Below are positions 17,743-31,013 of a DNA stretch of 64,000 nt, piece after piece. Origin of the DNA: Gemmatimonadales bacterium. Lineage in GTDB: Bacteria > Gemmatimonadota > Gemmatimonadetes > Gemmatimonadales > GWC2-71-9. Below the pieces are notes generated by a model, which had not been told where the DNA came from, made no database searches, and worked only from the letters and a program-made list of their open reading frames with translations. The translations under genes and the position numbers were made by a program. The stretch lies in assembly GCA_965249575.1 (NCBI GenBank), contig OZ252244.1:3160702-3224701 (forward strand), written 5' to 3'. The stretch's first letter is position 1. Each line of letters opens with the position of its first letter.

Positions 17743-18968
17743 TATCGCTGTTGCTCGCCGCGATGACGTGTCCCGTGCTGCCCTGCTCGAGCACGGGTGC
17801 GCCGGCGCACATCACCGTAGCGACGGCTCGAGGAGAATTCGTCATCCCCGTCTCGGTCGAGCGCGGCCATCCGGTGCTGCCGGCCAGCCGGTTGCAGACC
17901 AGCCTCCCGATGGTGTCCGACGTCTCAGAGGGGTGGGCAGCCGTACTCCTCGCCGAGCAGCCGTTTCGCTTCCTGCTTGGCGCGCCGGCGTTCACGTACC
18001 GGGGTCGGCTGATTCCTTTGGCCGGCGGTGCCTACGTCCTGCGGGACACGTTGTTTCTCCCCCTGCAGTGGCTCACTGGGCACGTGCCGCGGATCTTTCA
18101 AGAGGCATATCGCTACGATCCCTACGCCGCACGATTCGAGGAGGCGTCGTTCGCGCCGGTCGTGACCCGAGTCTCGTCACGAGCGATTCGCACAGCGCCA
18201 CCGGCGCCCGCCGCATCCGTTTTGCCGCCAAGCGGCGCGTTGCGTCGCGCGCACACGGTCGTAGTTGATCCGGGTCACGGGGGGGCGGACCCGGGGAACC
18301 CCGGACTGCACTTTCCCCGTGGTGTGAAAGAAAAGCACGTGACGCTAGCGCTGGCCAAACTCCTCCGCACGGAGCTCCGACGACGCGGTGTCGAGGTCAT
18401 CATGACGCGGACGACCGACTCATTGGTCGATCTGCACGACCGGGGGAGCCTGTGCCGCGAGAGCTGCGATCTCTTCGCGAGCATTCACGTGAACAGTTTG
18501 GGCCGACATGTGAGGCGCTACCAGCAGGTCGGTGGTTTTGAGACCTATTTCCTCTCGGAAGCACGTACGGCCGAAGCACGCCGGGTAGCGGCGATGGAGA
18601 ACGAGGCCCTGCGGTACGAGACGACATTTGGGCCGGCTGTCGACGATCCGCTCGGCTTCATCCTCAAGGATCTTCAGACGAACGAATACCTGCGCGAATC
18701 CGCATTGCTGGCCGACCTCATTCAGCGTCACGGAGCCCGGGCACATCCCGGAAAAGACCGGGGTGTTTCCCAAGCCGGGTTCATGGTCTTGACCACGGCC
18801 CGGCGACCGGCCGTGCTCGTAGAAACCGGATTCAGCACGAACAGGCGGGATGCGCGATTCCTCGCCGGGCGGATGGGGCAATCCAAGCTGGCGTCCGCCA
18901 TCGCCGACGGCATTGTCGCTTACCTGCGCGAGTACGAGAGCAAGGTGGCCGCGGGCATCTCCCCGTGA
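17739..18968 (+). CDS. N-acetylmuramoyl-L-alanine amidase (Amidase_3)
   Basis: VVDPGHGG.DPG, EK, SIHVNS and PAVLVETGF motifs; N-terminal signal-like segment. Confidence 0.9.
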   Translation: MISLLLAAMTCPVLPCSSTGAPAHITVATARGEFVIPVSVERGHPVLPASRLQTSLPMVSDVSEGWAAVLLAEQPFRFLLGAPAFTYRGRLIPLAGGAYVLRDTLFLPLQWLTGHVPRIFQEAYRYDPYAARFEEASFAPVVTRVSSRAIRTAPPAPAASVLPPSGALRRAHTVVVDPGHGGADPGNPGLHFPRGVKEKHVTLALAKLLRTELRRRGVEVIMTRTTDSLVDLHDRGSLCRESCDLFASIHVNSLGRHVRRYQQVGGFETYFLSEARTAEARRVAAMENEALRYETTFGPAVDDPLGFILKDLQTNEYLRESALLADLIQRHGARAHPGKDRGVSQAGFMVLTTARRPAVLVETGFSTNRRDARFLAGRMGQSKLASAIADGIVAYLREYESKVAAGISP

Positions 18969-20383
18969 CGCATACCATGTGGGGTCGATTCGGCCTCATG
19001 CTCGCTTGCAGCTCCCCGTCTTGCGCGTATTACAATGCACTTTACAACGCTAACCAGCTTGCTGAGCGGGCGCGGGCGGCGCAGGAGCAGGGCAGTCCTG
19101 CCGAGGCTCGATCACTCTGGGAGCAGGTGGCCATCAAGGCCGAGTCGGTCACGATTCGCCACCCGGGCAGCAAGTATTTCGACGATGCGCTCTTGCTCCA
19201 GGGGATCGCACTCAGTCAGCTCGAGCGGTGTCGCGAAGCCATCGCGCCGCTCTCCGGTGCCGAGTCGTCATCTCCCGATCCACTCCTCGTGAATCGCGCC
19301 CGATACCTTCTCGGACGGTGCTATGTGGCCACGGATGAGCCGGCCATGGCCATGGAGGTCTTGGACTCGTTGCTCGAGAACGTGGGCAGCGGCGAGGGCA
19401 GTCGGCCTGCGTTGCTCTGGCGCGGGCGTGCCGCCCTTGCCATGAGTCGGTACGGCGAGGCGACCGAAGATCTGGCACGGTCCGGTGATCCCCAGGCGCG
19501 ACTTGGACTCGCGTTCGGACTGGCTCATCTGCGTCGGTGGGACGAGCTCGACAGCCTGTTGGGAGCGGTCCTGCGGCGGGGGTACGACGAGCCGGCGTGG
19601 CTCGGGGCCCTCGACGGACTTGGTAGCGGGAACTCCGAGGCGGCGCGCGCATTGGTGAACCGATTGGACGTGCGGTCAGAGCTCACCGAGCTCGAACGAG
19701 CGAGGCTCCTCATCGCCGACGGCAACCGCCTGGAGGCGGCGGGCCGGTCCAGCGAGGGGGCGGAGCGTTTCCGTTCCGTCGCAAGCCGTTTGCCGGACGC
19801 GACTCTTGGACGGCTGGCTAGGGTGCGCCTGATTCTCAACCGACTTCGCTTTGATGGTGCCCCCGCATCAGTGCCCGCGGTCCTCCGCGAGCTGGAAGCA
19901 TCCTCCCGGGGCGGTCCCGCGGCTGAACTGGCAGCGCCCGCGATCTCCATACTGCGCCGGATAGTCACCCATGTGCGTGGCAGACCCGGGTCTGACGCGG
20001 AGCTGTTTCTCCTTGGCGAACTGGCCCGCGACTCGCTCTTGGCGCCACTGCTCGCCGGGTCGCTCTTCCGGAGAGTGCAGTTCGAGCATCCGGAATCCGC
20101 GATTGCGCCGAAGGCGTTGCTGGCCGCGGCCTGGGCGGAGCCGGGTGCGAGGGCCGATCTCATCGAGCGGCTGCGCTCTGACTATCCGAAGTCCCCCTAT
20201 GCGCGGGCACTGAGCGGGGAAGACCCCGCCGGGTTCTCGGCCGCCGAGGCGTCCCTGCATCGCGAGGCGGCCCAGCCCATTGGCGCCGAGCGCACGACGC
20301 GCCTGGGGCCCGACCCGGCCCGTCCGCCACCGGGGTTGCGCCCGTCGCGCACCCGGCCCCGGGTCCCTGGTCCTGAGCCATGA
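18965..20383 (+). CDS. TPR-like helical repeat protein, probably exported
   Basis: CAYYNALYNA N-terminus and Ala/Leu-rich helical repeats. Confidence 0.7.
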   Translation: MTHTMWGRFGLMLACSSPSCAYYNALYNANQLAERARAAQEQGSPAEARSLWEQVAIKAESVTIRHPGSKYFDDALLLQGIALSQLERCREAIAPLSGAESSSPDPLLVNRARYLLGRCYVATDEPAMAMEVLDSLLENVGSGEGSRPALLWRGRAALAMSRYGEATEDLARSGDPQARLGLAFGLAHLRRWDELDSLLGAVLRRGYDEPAWLGALDGLGSGNSEAARALVNRLDVRSELTELERARLLIADGNRLEAAGRSSEGAERFRSVASRLPDATLGRLARVRLILNRLRFDGAPASVPAVLRELEASSRGGPAAELAAPAISILRRIVTHVRGRPGSDAELFLLGELARDSLLAPLLAGSLFRRVQFEHPESAIAPKALLAAAWAEPGARADLIERLRSDYPKSPYARALSGEDPAGFSAAEASLHREAAQPIGAERTTRLGPDPARPPPGLRPSRTRPRVPGPEP

Positions 20384-21270
20384 GCCGGAACGGCGGTGTG
20401 ATCGACGCGTTCGGTGTGGCGTTTCACAATCCGATCTTACTGGCCGCTGGTACCGCTGGATTCGGACATGAAGTAGCCGGCGTTATGCAGCTCGGCCAAC
20501 TTGGCGGGCTCATCACCAAGTCGGTCAGTCCGGAGCCCAGGCCTGGCCACCCGTCACCGCGCGTTGCGGAGTTCGATGGCGGGATGCTGAACGCGGTGGG
20601 ACTCGCCAACCCCGGTGTCGACCGGGTCGCCACGACGGATCTCCCGTGGCTAGAGCGCCACTTCCCCCGCCTGCCGGTCATCGTAAATGTCGTCGGATCG
20701 GTTCCAGAGGACTACGTCGCGGTCATTCGCCGCCTCGAGGGTGTCGCTGGCGTCACCGCATTCGAGCTCAACGTGTCCTGCCCCAACACCGCCCGCGGCG
20801 GGGAGGAATTCGGTGCAAACCCAGAGGTGCTGGCCGGGTTGGTATCGCTGTGCCGCTCGAGTACGTCGAGGCCCCTAATCGTGAAGCTCGCCCCGACCTT
20901 GCCGGACATCGCTGGCACGGCGGGGGCCGCGATCGAGGCGGGGGCAGATGGCCTCTCGCTCATCAACACCATTCCCGGCACGCTCTATCGGTCGCTGGTG
21001 GACAACGGCCCCGAGGCAGCAGTCCCCCGACTCGGTTACGGCCATGGTGGAGTGTCCGGCCCCGGGCTCCTACCGATCGGCGTGCTGGCGACGCGCCGGG
21101 TTCGAGCGCGCACCGACCTGCCGATCATCGGTGTCGGGGGCGTCCGCCGCATCGAGGACGTGCTGCAGTATCGGAACGCGGGGGCAACGTTGGTGGCTGT
21201 GGGCACTGCGGCGTTGGCGGATCCACGCTTGCCCGAGCGGTTAGCGGCTGAATGGGGTACGAATGGCTGA
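20380..21270 (+). CDS. pyrD: Dihydroorotate dehydrogenase, family 1
   Basis: NPILLAAGT, MLNAVGLANPG, ELNVSCPN, SLINT and GGVSG motifs. Confidence 0.92.
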   Translation: MSRNGGVIDAFGVAFHNPILLAAGTAGFGHEVAGVMQLGQLGGLITKSVSPEPRPGHPSPRVAEFDGGMLNAVGLANPGVDRVATTDLPWLERHFPRLPVIVNVVGSVPEDYVAVIRRLEGVAGVTAFELNVSCPNTARGGEEFGANPEVLAGLVSLCRSSTSRPLIVKLAPTLPDIAGTAGAAIEAGADGLSLINTIPGTLYRSLVDNGPEAAVPRLGYGHGGVSGPGLLPIGVLATRRVRARTDLPIIGVGGVRRIEDVLQYRNAGATLVAVGTAALADPRLPERLAAEWGTNG

Positions 21271-21943
21271 GATCGTCGTCGCTCTCGACGTGGCGCCAGT
21301 CGAGAAGGCGCTACGACTCGTGGAGTCCTTGCCATCGCTCTCATGGGTCAAGATCGGGCCCATGCTGTTCGTGCGGGACGGGCCGCGCGTGATGGCCGAA
21401 CTCAAGGCGCGGGGGGTCAAGATTTTTCTCGACCTCAAATGGCACGACATTCCCCACGCCGTCGCGGGAGCAGCGGAGGCGGCAGCAGCGGCGGGCGTGG
21501 ATCTCGCCACGGTGCATGCGCTCGGGGGCTCCGAGATGATGCGCGCGGCCGTCGACGTCGCCGGCGCCATGCGGCTCGTAGCAGTCACGGTGTTGACGTC
21601 GCATACGGACGAGACCTATCGAAGCACGGTTGGCCGCTCCGACGGGGTTGGCGTGCGTGACGAGGTCATTCGACTGACACAGCTCGCGCTCTCGAGCGGC
21701 GTCGGGGGGGTCGTCGCGTCTCCGCTAGAGATCGAGAGCATTCGGGGTCTGGTGAGTCCGAAAGAGTGGATCGTGGTGCCCGGAATCCGGTCCCTGGGAG
21801 CGGATCCAGGAGATCAGCGCCGGACCGCGAGCGCCCGAGATGCCGCTCGCGCGGGCGCTACTCACCTAGTGGTCGGTCGCCCCATTACCAGGGCTCCCGA
21901 TCCCGCGGCCGCATACGCGGCCATGCTGGAGGCGGCGTGCTGA
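21263..21943 (+). CDS. pyrF: Orotidine-5'-phosphate decarboxylase
   Basis: VALD, FLDLKWHDIP, VPGIR, DQRR and VVGRPI motifs. Confidence 0.95.
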   Translation: MAEIVVALDVAPVEKALRLVESLPSLSWVKIGPMLFVRDGPRVMAELKARGVKIFLDLKWHDIPHAVAGAAEAAAAAGVDLATVHALGGSEMMRAAVDVAGAMRLVAVTVLTSHTDETYRSTVGRSDGVGVRDEVIRLTQLALSSGVGGVVASPLEIESIRGLVSPKEWIVVPGIRSLGADPGDQRRTASARDAARAGATHLVVGRPITRAPDPAAAYAAMLEAAC

Positions 21944-22380
21944 TTTGGCGCGCCGGCCTCCCCAGCCCCCTCGTTTTCTTGGTTGCGACCGCCGTCATGC
22001 CTCCCCAGCTGGCTGCCCAGGCGAGCCTAGATGACGCCGCCGGGTCGATACGGGCGGCGTGGGTGGGGGGGGACATGCGTGGGGTTGCGGTGGGGAGCCG
22101 CGCCGTGCGTCTCGAGATCCCCCTGGAGGGCGCGGGAGGTGGGGGCACGCTCACCTCGATCCAAGCGGCCAAGCTCCTCGCCGAATATGTGGCGCCGGCC
22201 AGCGAGGTCGCGTTCGAGCTTCGTCAGGTTCGGAGCGTCGGGGAAGACCGTGGATACGTCGAAGGGGTTCGCGTCTTTGTCGTTCGTGGGACAGACCAAG
22301 AGCTCCGGGAAGTGGTCTTTTTCGGCCTCGAATTGTACGAGGGAACATGGCGGGTGGTGGAGGTGCGTATCGCCTCGTAG
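21937..22380 (+). CDS. Hypothetical exported protein (possibly DUF4783/NTF2-like)
   Basis: Signal-like N-terminus ending LAA-Q; fills the gap after pyrF. Confidence 0.55.
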   Translation: MLIWRAGLPSPLVFLVATAVMPPQLAAQASLDDAAGSIRAAWVGGDMRGVAVGSRAVRLEIPLEGAGGGGTLTSIQAAKLLAEYVAPASEVAFELRQVRSVGEDRGYVEGVRVFVVRGTDQELREVVFFGLELYEGTWRVVEVRIAS

Positions 22381-22389
22381 CACAGTCAG

Positions 22390-22418
22390 TTGCGTCACCT
22401 CATACCGACGTCTATATT
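22390..22418 (+). promoter_or_regulatory. Sigma70-type promoter of the rpmJ-rplQ operon
   Basis: TTGCGT-17 nt-TATATT followed by an AT-rich leader. Confidence 0.6.
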
Positions 22419-22461
22419 TTAAGTCTGTGTCAAAAAACCAACTTTCTAGGGTGGTTGTCTC

Positions 22462-22578
22462 TTGAAGGTCCGTTCAAGTGTGAAGCCCATTTGCGAGCAT
22501 TGCAAGGTCATTCGACGGGGTGGCGTGACGCGCATTATCTGCAAGCGCAATCCCAAGCACAAGCAAAGGCAGGGTTAG
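22462..22578 (+). CDS. rpmJ: 50S ribosomal protein L36 (absent from ORF track)
   Basis: TTG start; [38 protein letters not shown]. Confidence 0.96.
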   Translation: MKVRSSVKPICEHCKVIRRGGVTRIICKRNPKHKQRQG

Positions 22579-22959
22579 GTGGCGCGCATCGCAGGGGTGG
22601 ATCTTCCGAGGGAAAAGCGCGTTCAAGTCGCACTGACATACATCTTTGGCGTTGGGAACTCTACGGCCAAGCGGATTCTCGATCAGACCGCCGTGGCGCC
22701 CGACACCCGCGTGCGCGAGCTTTCGGACGCGGAGGTCGCGCGACTTCGACAGGTGATCGAGCGCGAGGTAAAAGTCGAGGGGGCGTTGCGAACCGAAGTC
22801 GCGATGAACATCAAGCGGCTCATGGACATCGGATCGTACCGTGGGACTCGCCACCGGCGCGGGCTGCCGGTTCGGGGGCAGCGCACCCACACCAACGCGC
22901 GGACCAAAAAGGGGCCGCGCCGGGCCATCGCGGGCAAGAAAAAGGTGGCGAAGAAATAG
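22579..22959 (+). CDS. rpsM: 30S ribosomal protein S13
   Basis: [10 protein letters not shown]...[18 protein letters not shown]. Confidence 0.97.
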   Translation: MARIAGVDLPREKRVQVALTYIFGVGNSTAKRILDQTAVAPDTRVRELSDAEVARLRQVIEREVKVEGALRTEVAMNIKRLMDIGSYRGTRHRRGLPVRGQRTHTNARTKKGPRRAIAGKKKVAKK

Positions 22960-22960
22960 C

Positions 22961-23350
22961 ATGGCGCAAACATCATCAGGCGGTAAGCGGACGAAGAAAG
23001 CCGTGGAGGCTGAGGGGATAGCCCACATTACGGCGACCTTCAACAACACGCTGATCACGATCACGGATACGCAGGGCAACACGGTCGCGTGGGGCTCGGC
23101 GGGCAAGTCGGGGTTCAAGGGATCGAAGAAGTCCACGTCCTTCGCTGCGACGGTTGCCGCCGAGAACTGCGGGCGGGAAGCTTTCAATCTCGGTGTTCGG
23201 CGTATTCACGTGCGTGTGCAGGGTCCCGGGTCCGGTCGTGAATCGGCAATCCAGGCGTTGGCCAGCGCGGGACTGAACGTCGCATCGATACGTGACGTGA
23301 CCCCAATCCCGCACAACGGCTGCCGCCCCCCAAAGAAACGCCGGGTCTGA
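22961..23350 (+). CDS. rpsK: 30S ribosomal protein S11
   Basis: [15 protein letters not shown] and [18 protein letters not shown]; ATG 22961. Confidence 0.97.
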   Translation: MAQTSSGGKRTKKAVEAEGIAHITATFNNTLITITDTQGNTVAWGSAGKSGFKGSKKSTSFAATVAAENCGREAFNLGVRRIHVRVQGPGSGRESAIQALASAGLNVASIRDVTPIPHNGCRPPKKRRV

Positions 23351-23353
23351 TTC

Positions 23354-23989
23354 ATGGCGCGTTATACCGGACCCGTCTGTAGGCTGTGCCGTCGCGAGGG
23401 GACCAAGCTGTTCCTCAAGGGGTCCCGGTGCCTGACCGAGAAGTGCGCGGTCGACAGACGGGCCTACGCCCCGGGCCAGCACGGGCAGTCGACCGGTCGC
23501 CGCCGTAAGACCTCAGAATACGCGAAGCAGCTGCGCGAGAAGCAGAAGGTCAAGCGGACCTACGGTCTGTCCGAGCGCCAGTTCCGCAATACCTTCGACA
23601 GGGTCCGCCAACTGCCGGGCGTCACGGGCGAGAACCTGCTGGTGGCGTTGGAGACCCGGCTCGACAATATCGTCTATCGGATGGGATTCTCGGCCAGTCG
23701 CCGGGGGGCACGGCAACTCGTTCGACATCGGCACGTGCAGGTGAACGGCGCCACCGTCGACGTTCCGTCATTCAGGGTCCGGCCAAAAGACGAGATCGGG
23801 CTGCGTCCCGCGAGCAAGGACTTGACCGCGGTACGCGCGTCTCTCGAGGCGCTGTCACGCGCCGCGCCGGTGTCATGGCTGACGGTTGATTCGGACAAGG
23901 CGGTTGGGAAGGTCATGGAACGACCGACCCGCGAAACCATCCCGGTAGCCGCCCAAGAACAACTCATCGTCGAGCTCTACTCGAAGTGA
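23354..23989 (+). CDS. rpsD: 30S ribosomal protein S4 (Zn-binding type)
   Basis: MARYTGPVCRLCRREG, LETRLDN and LIVELYSK. Confidence 0.97.
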   Translation: MARYTGPVCRLCRREGTKLFLKGSRCLTEKCAVDRRAYAPGQHGQSTGRRRKTSEYAKQLREKQKVKRTYGLSERQFRNTFDRVRQLPGVTGENLLVALETRLDNIVYRMGFSASRRGARQLVRHRHVQVNGATVDVPSFRVRPKDEIGLRPASKDLTAVRASLEALSRAAPVSWLTVDSDKAVGKVMERPTRETIPVAAQEQLIVELYSK

Positions 23990-25053
23990 CCATGAAAGTC
24001 GACCTGTCCGGCCTGGTTTCGCCCCATCTCGTCGAAATGACGAAGCGGGAAGACAACGTCTTCTCCGCGGAGTTCCGGCTGCAGCCACTCGAACGGGGAT
24101 ACGGGTACACGCTGGGAAACTCACTCCGGCGCATGCTGCTGTCGTCGCTGCCGGGGGCCGCGGTCTGGGGGTTCCGACTCGACGGCGTGGTGCACGAGCA
24201 CCAGACGATTCCCGGGGTTGTCGAAGACGTGCACCAGATCATCCAAAACTTGAAGTCGCTGACGCTCGTGTTGGCCGAGGAGGTCCCCGAGGTCGTTCTC
24301 CACATCAAATCGTCGGAGGCGGGAGCCGTCCAGGCACACCATATCGAGCAGCATGGGGCCGTGCAGGTAATCAATCCGGAACACGTTCTGTTCACGCTCG
24401 AGGAGGACCGGGAGGTCTCGGGTGAACTGTACGTGAACCGTGGTCGCGGCTACGTGGAGGCATCTCAGCATCCGGTCGATCGGTCCCTGCCGGTCGACAT
24501 GGTGCGCATCGATGCGGTTTACAATCCCGTGCGCCGGGCCAATTTCACCGTGGCCGAGACGCGCGTCGGGCAGCGAACCGATTTCGACCGGCTTACGGTC
24601 ACGGTAGAGACCAACGGGACGCTCACTCCCGAGGACGCCGTTGCCTATGCGGCCGCCCTGTTACAGGAGCACTTCAGGTTCTTCCTCGACTTCGGCAGCG
24701 TATCGACGGTGTTCGGTCAGGCGAACGGCGCTTCGGAGCAGGAGGCTGGACGGCTGCGCGCGCTGTTGGCCCGTCCGATCGACGACTGTGGACTCTCGGC
24801 TCGGTCCATCAATTCGCTGAAAAATTCCAACATCGGTGTGCTCGGCGATCTGGTTCGATATACCGAAGAAGAAATGCTCCGAGTGAAAAACGTCGGTGAG
24901 AAGGCCTTGGGAGAGATCGCCGACCTGCTTCAGCGTGAGGGATTGAACTTCGGCATGGAGCTCGACGAGGTAGACGGCGACCTGGTGATTCGGAACGAAG
25001 GGACGCCGCCGTCCAATATCGGCGGCATCGGCGAGCCAGTCGGGGAGCCGTAG
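23986..25053 (+). CDS. rpoA: RNA polymerase alpha subunit
   Basis: PLERGYGYTLGNSLRR and alpha-CTD LSARSINSL...KNVGEK. Confidence 0.96.
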   Translation: MTMKVDLSGLVSPHLVEMTKREDNVFSAEFRLQPLERGYGYTLGNSLRRMLLSSLPGAAVWGFRLDGVVHEHQTIPGVVEDVHQIIQNLKSLTLVLAEEVPEVVLHIKSSEAGAVQAHHIEQHGAVQVINPEHVLFTLEEDREVSGELYVNRGRGYVEASQHPVDRSLPVDMVRIDAVYNPVRRANFTVAETRVGQRTDFDRLTVTVETNGTLTPEDAVAYAAALLQEHFRFFLDFGSVSTVFGQANGASEQEAGRLRALLARPIDDCGLSARSINSLKNSNIGVLGDLVRYTEEEMLRVKNVGEKALGEIADLLQREGLNFGMELDEVDGDLVIRNEGTPPSNIGGIGEPVGEP

Positions 25054-25409
25054 TGCGCCATCGGGCGAGGGGTCGCCAGCTCAGCCGGACGGCGAGCCAT
25101 CGCCGCGCGATGCTGAACAACCTCATGACGTCCTTGTTCACTCACGATCGCCTCGTGACTACCGAGGCCAAGGCCAAGGAAGTGCGCCCGCTGGCCGAAA
25201 AGCTGATCACGTTCGCGCGGCGGGGCGATCTGCACGCGAGACGCCAGGTGGAGCGGCGCATCCGCGACCGGGCCGCGGCGGGGCGGCTCTTCGGCGAGAT
25301 CGGGCCGCGGTTTGCGGGACGACCGGGCGGCTACACCCGGATTATCAAGTTGGGGCATCGCCGGGGTGATGGTGCGGAGATGGCGAGGATCGAACTCCTT
25401 GCGGAGTGA
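25053..25409 (+). CDS. rplQ: 50S ribosomal protein L17
   Basis: MRHR...TTEAKAKE...GGYTRIIK...RRGDGA. Confidence 0.97.
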   Translation: MRHRARGRQLSRTASHRRAMLNNLMTSLFTHDRLVTTEAKAKEVRPLAEKLITFARRGDLHARRQVERRIRDRAAAGRLFGEIGPRFAGRPGGYTRIIKLGHRRGDGAEMARIELLAE

Positions 25410-25435
25410 CCGGGCCGTCGGAGTTGGGATTTGTG

Positions 25436-25461
25436 ATGGGGACCGCTTGGTCCCCGTTTTT

Positions 25462-25463
<2 letters not shown>
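25436..25463 (+). terminator. Rho-independent terminator after rplQ
   Basis: ggggacc-gctt-ggtcccc followed by g and a T7 run. Confidence 0.8.
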
Positions 25464-27707
<2,244 letters not shown>

Positions 27708-27724
<17 letters not shown>

Positions 27725-30700
27725 TATCGAGAGCATCTTGCTCATCGGATCCGGCCCCATCGTGATTGGGCAGGCGGCGGAGTTCGACTACTCGGGGACG
27801 CAGGCGGTCAAAGCGCTGCGGGAGGAGGGGTACAGGGTCGTTCTGGTCAATTCGAATCCAGCGACGATCATGACTGATCCCGAAGTCGCGGACCGTACGT
27901 ACGTCGAACCGGTGACGCCCGAATGGGTCGCGAAGGTGATCGAGCGGGAGCAACCGGATGCCCTGCTGCCGACCATGGGCGGGCAGACGGCGCTCAACGT
28001 GGCCATGGCGCTCGCGGAGGACGGCACCCTCGAACGCCACGGTGTCACCCTGATCGGCGCGGACGAGTGCGCTATTCGCATGGCGGAGGATCGCTCGGAA
28101 TTTGCCAAGGCCATGGAGCGCATCGGGCTGCAAGTCCCGCAGGGCCGGGTCATCAGTTCGCGGGACGAGGCCGTCGAGGCGGTGGCCGCTACCGGATACC
28201 CGGCCATCATCCGACCGTCGTTTACGCTCGGAGGGACCGGGGGTGGGGTCGCCTACAATCGCTCCGAATACGAGACGCTGATCGAGCGGGCCCTCGCGCT
28301 CTCGCCGGTCCATACGGCGTTGGTGGAGCGCTCCGTGTTGGGCTGGAAGGAGTTCGAGCTCGAGGTCATGCGGGATTCGTACGACAACGTCGTCATCGTC
28401 TGCTCCATTGAGAATTTCGACGCGATGGGTGTGCATACCGGCGACTCCATTACCGTCGCGCCGGCCATGACGTTGACCGACCGGGAGTACCAGACGATGC
28501 GCGACGCGGCCATCGCCATCATCCGAGAGATCGGCGTGGCCGCAGGCGGCTGCAACATCCAATTCGCGGTGAATCCGGCCGATGGCGAGATGCTGGTGAT
28601 CGAGATGAACCCCCGGGTATCGCGATCGTCGGCGTTAGCGTCAAAGGCGACTGGATTCCCGATCGCGCGCATCGGGGCGAAGCTAGCGGTGGGCTTCGCG
28701 CTGCACGAGCTGCCGAACGACATCACCAAGACGACCCCGGCATCCTTCGAGCCGGTACTCGACTACGTCGTGGTGAAATGCCCGCGGTTCGCTTTCGAAA
28801 AATTTCCCACCGCCGACGCGACCCTCACGACCCAAATGAAATCGGTCGGTGAGGCCATGGCGATCGGCCGCACATTTAAGGAAGCATTTCAAAAGGGCAT
28901 CCGAGCGCTCGAGATCGACCGTCCGGGTTGGGTCACCGGGCACGTCCCTGAGGATGACCGGCTCAGGGCTGCTGACGCGGAAAGCATCAAACTTGCCCTG
29001 AGGACCCCGACGCCGGACCGGATTTTCCAGATCAAGTGGGCGTTTCGGGCGGGGGCAACCGTATCGGAGCTTGCCGAGCTAACGGCGATCGATCCGTGGT
29101 TTCTGGCGCAGCTCGAAGAGCTGATTGAGGCCGAGGACCAGTTTCAGGCCGCCACCGATTTGGACGCCGGTGGGGTTCGCACCATGAAGCGACTCGGGTT
29201 CTCCGACGCGCAGCTGGCCGAACTGCGGGGCCTGTCAGAGGACGAGATTCGCCGATATCGGTGGGACAACGAGATTCATGCTGCCTACAAGGTGGTGGAT
29301 ACCTGCGCGGGTGAGTTTCCATCCCAGACCCCGTATCTCTACTCGTCGTACGACGATGAGAACGAGTCGGAGCCGATCGGTGATGACGGGGTGGTGATTC
29401 TCGGGAGCGGGCCGAATCGCATCGGGCAGGGAGTGGAGTTCGACTACTGCTGTGTCCGCGCGGGGCTGGCGTTCCGGGAGCTCGGCTATCGCACCATCAT
29501 GATCAATTCGAATCCCGAGACGGTCTCCACCGACTTCGATACCTCCGACAAGCTCTACTTTGAGCCGCTGACGCTCGAGGACGTGCTCGAGATCGTTCGG
29601 CTCGAGAAGCCCAAGGGGGTCGTGGTGCAGCTCGGAGGGCAGACCCCGCTCAAGTTGGCAAAGGGGCTCGAGGCCGCAGGCGTGTCGATCCTCGGCACCA
29701 GTCCCGAGGCCATCGATATCGCCGAAGACCGCCGCCGGTTCGAGGAGTTGAGCCGGAGGCTCGGCGCCACGCAACCCGCCAACGGGACCTGCACGAGCGT
29801 AGACGAGGCTGTTGCCGTTGCCGATCGTATCGGATATCCCGTTCTCGTCCGGCCCTCCTATGTATTGGGCGGTCGCGCGATGGAGATCGTGTATGACGAG
29901 CCGTCACTCCGGGACTACTTTGGCCGCGCGGCTCGCGTCTCGCCGGCACACCCCGTCCTGATCGACAGCTTCCTGGAAGACGCCTTCGAGGCGGACGTCG
30001 ACGCGCTGTCCGATGGAGAGCGGTGCATCATTGGCGGGGTCATGCAGCATATCGAGGAGGCCGGCGTGCACTCCGGTGACTCGGCGTGCGTCATGCCTCC
30101 CTATCTCGTCGACGAGGCCGCGGTCGATGAGATGAGGGTTCGGACCCGTGCCTTCGCAAAGGAACTGGGCGTCGTCGGACTGATCAACGTCCAGTATGCG
30201 GTGCGAGACGGGGTCGTCTACGTGCTGGAGGTGAATCCCCGAGGGTCGCGGACCGTTCCCTTCGTGAGTAAAGCCACCGGCGTCCCGCTGGCGAAGCTCG
30301 CGGCGGCCGTAATGGTCGGCCGCACCCTCGACCAGCTCGGGATGTCCAAAGAGGTATCGATTCCGTATGTGGCGGTCAAAGAGGCGGTATTCCCGTTCAC
30401 GAAACTGCCGAACGTCGATACGCTGCTCGGCCCGGAGATGCGGTCGACGGGTGAGGTGATGGGGATCGCCGACAGTTTCGGGATGGCGTTCGCCAAAGCG
30501 CAAATTGGGGCGGATGCGGCGCTGCCGCTCGAGGGAACGGTGTTCGTGACCGTCAACGACCGCGACAAGGCCACGGTCGTCCCAATTGCGAGGCGCTTTC
30601 ATGAGATGGGGTTCTCGGTCCTCGCGACCGACGGCACGGCTCGGTATCTCAGCCAGCGCGGCATTCCCGCGGAGAAAGTCCTCAAGGTCTACGAGGGGCG

Positions 30701-31013
30701 CCCGAACGCGAGCGACCTCATTCTCTCGGGCGCGGTGCAGCTCCTCATCAATACGCCGATGGGGAAGCTGACGCTGCAAGACGACTCACATATCCGTCGC
30801 ACCGCCCTGCAGCACGGCATTCCCTACACTACGACGATGTCGGCAGCGAGCGCCGCCGGTGATGCGATTCTTGCCCTGCGAAGCCGGCGCGGCTCAGTGC
30901 GATGCCTCCAGGAATGGTATGAGATCCGCGGAGAGGTGAAGGGGATGACTCGCATGCTAGGCGCGAACAGCGGTGACGTGGCCCAGGCGGTCGGGGTCGA
31001 TCGTCCGCGATGA
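27708..31013 (+). CDS. carB: Carbamoyl-phosphate synthase large subunit
   Basis: [28 protein letters not shown], duplicated ATP-grasp halves and MGS domain. Confidence 0.97.
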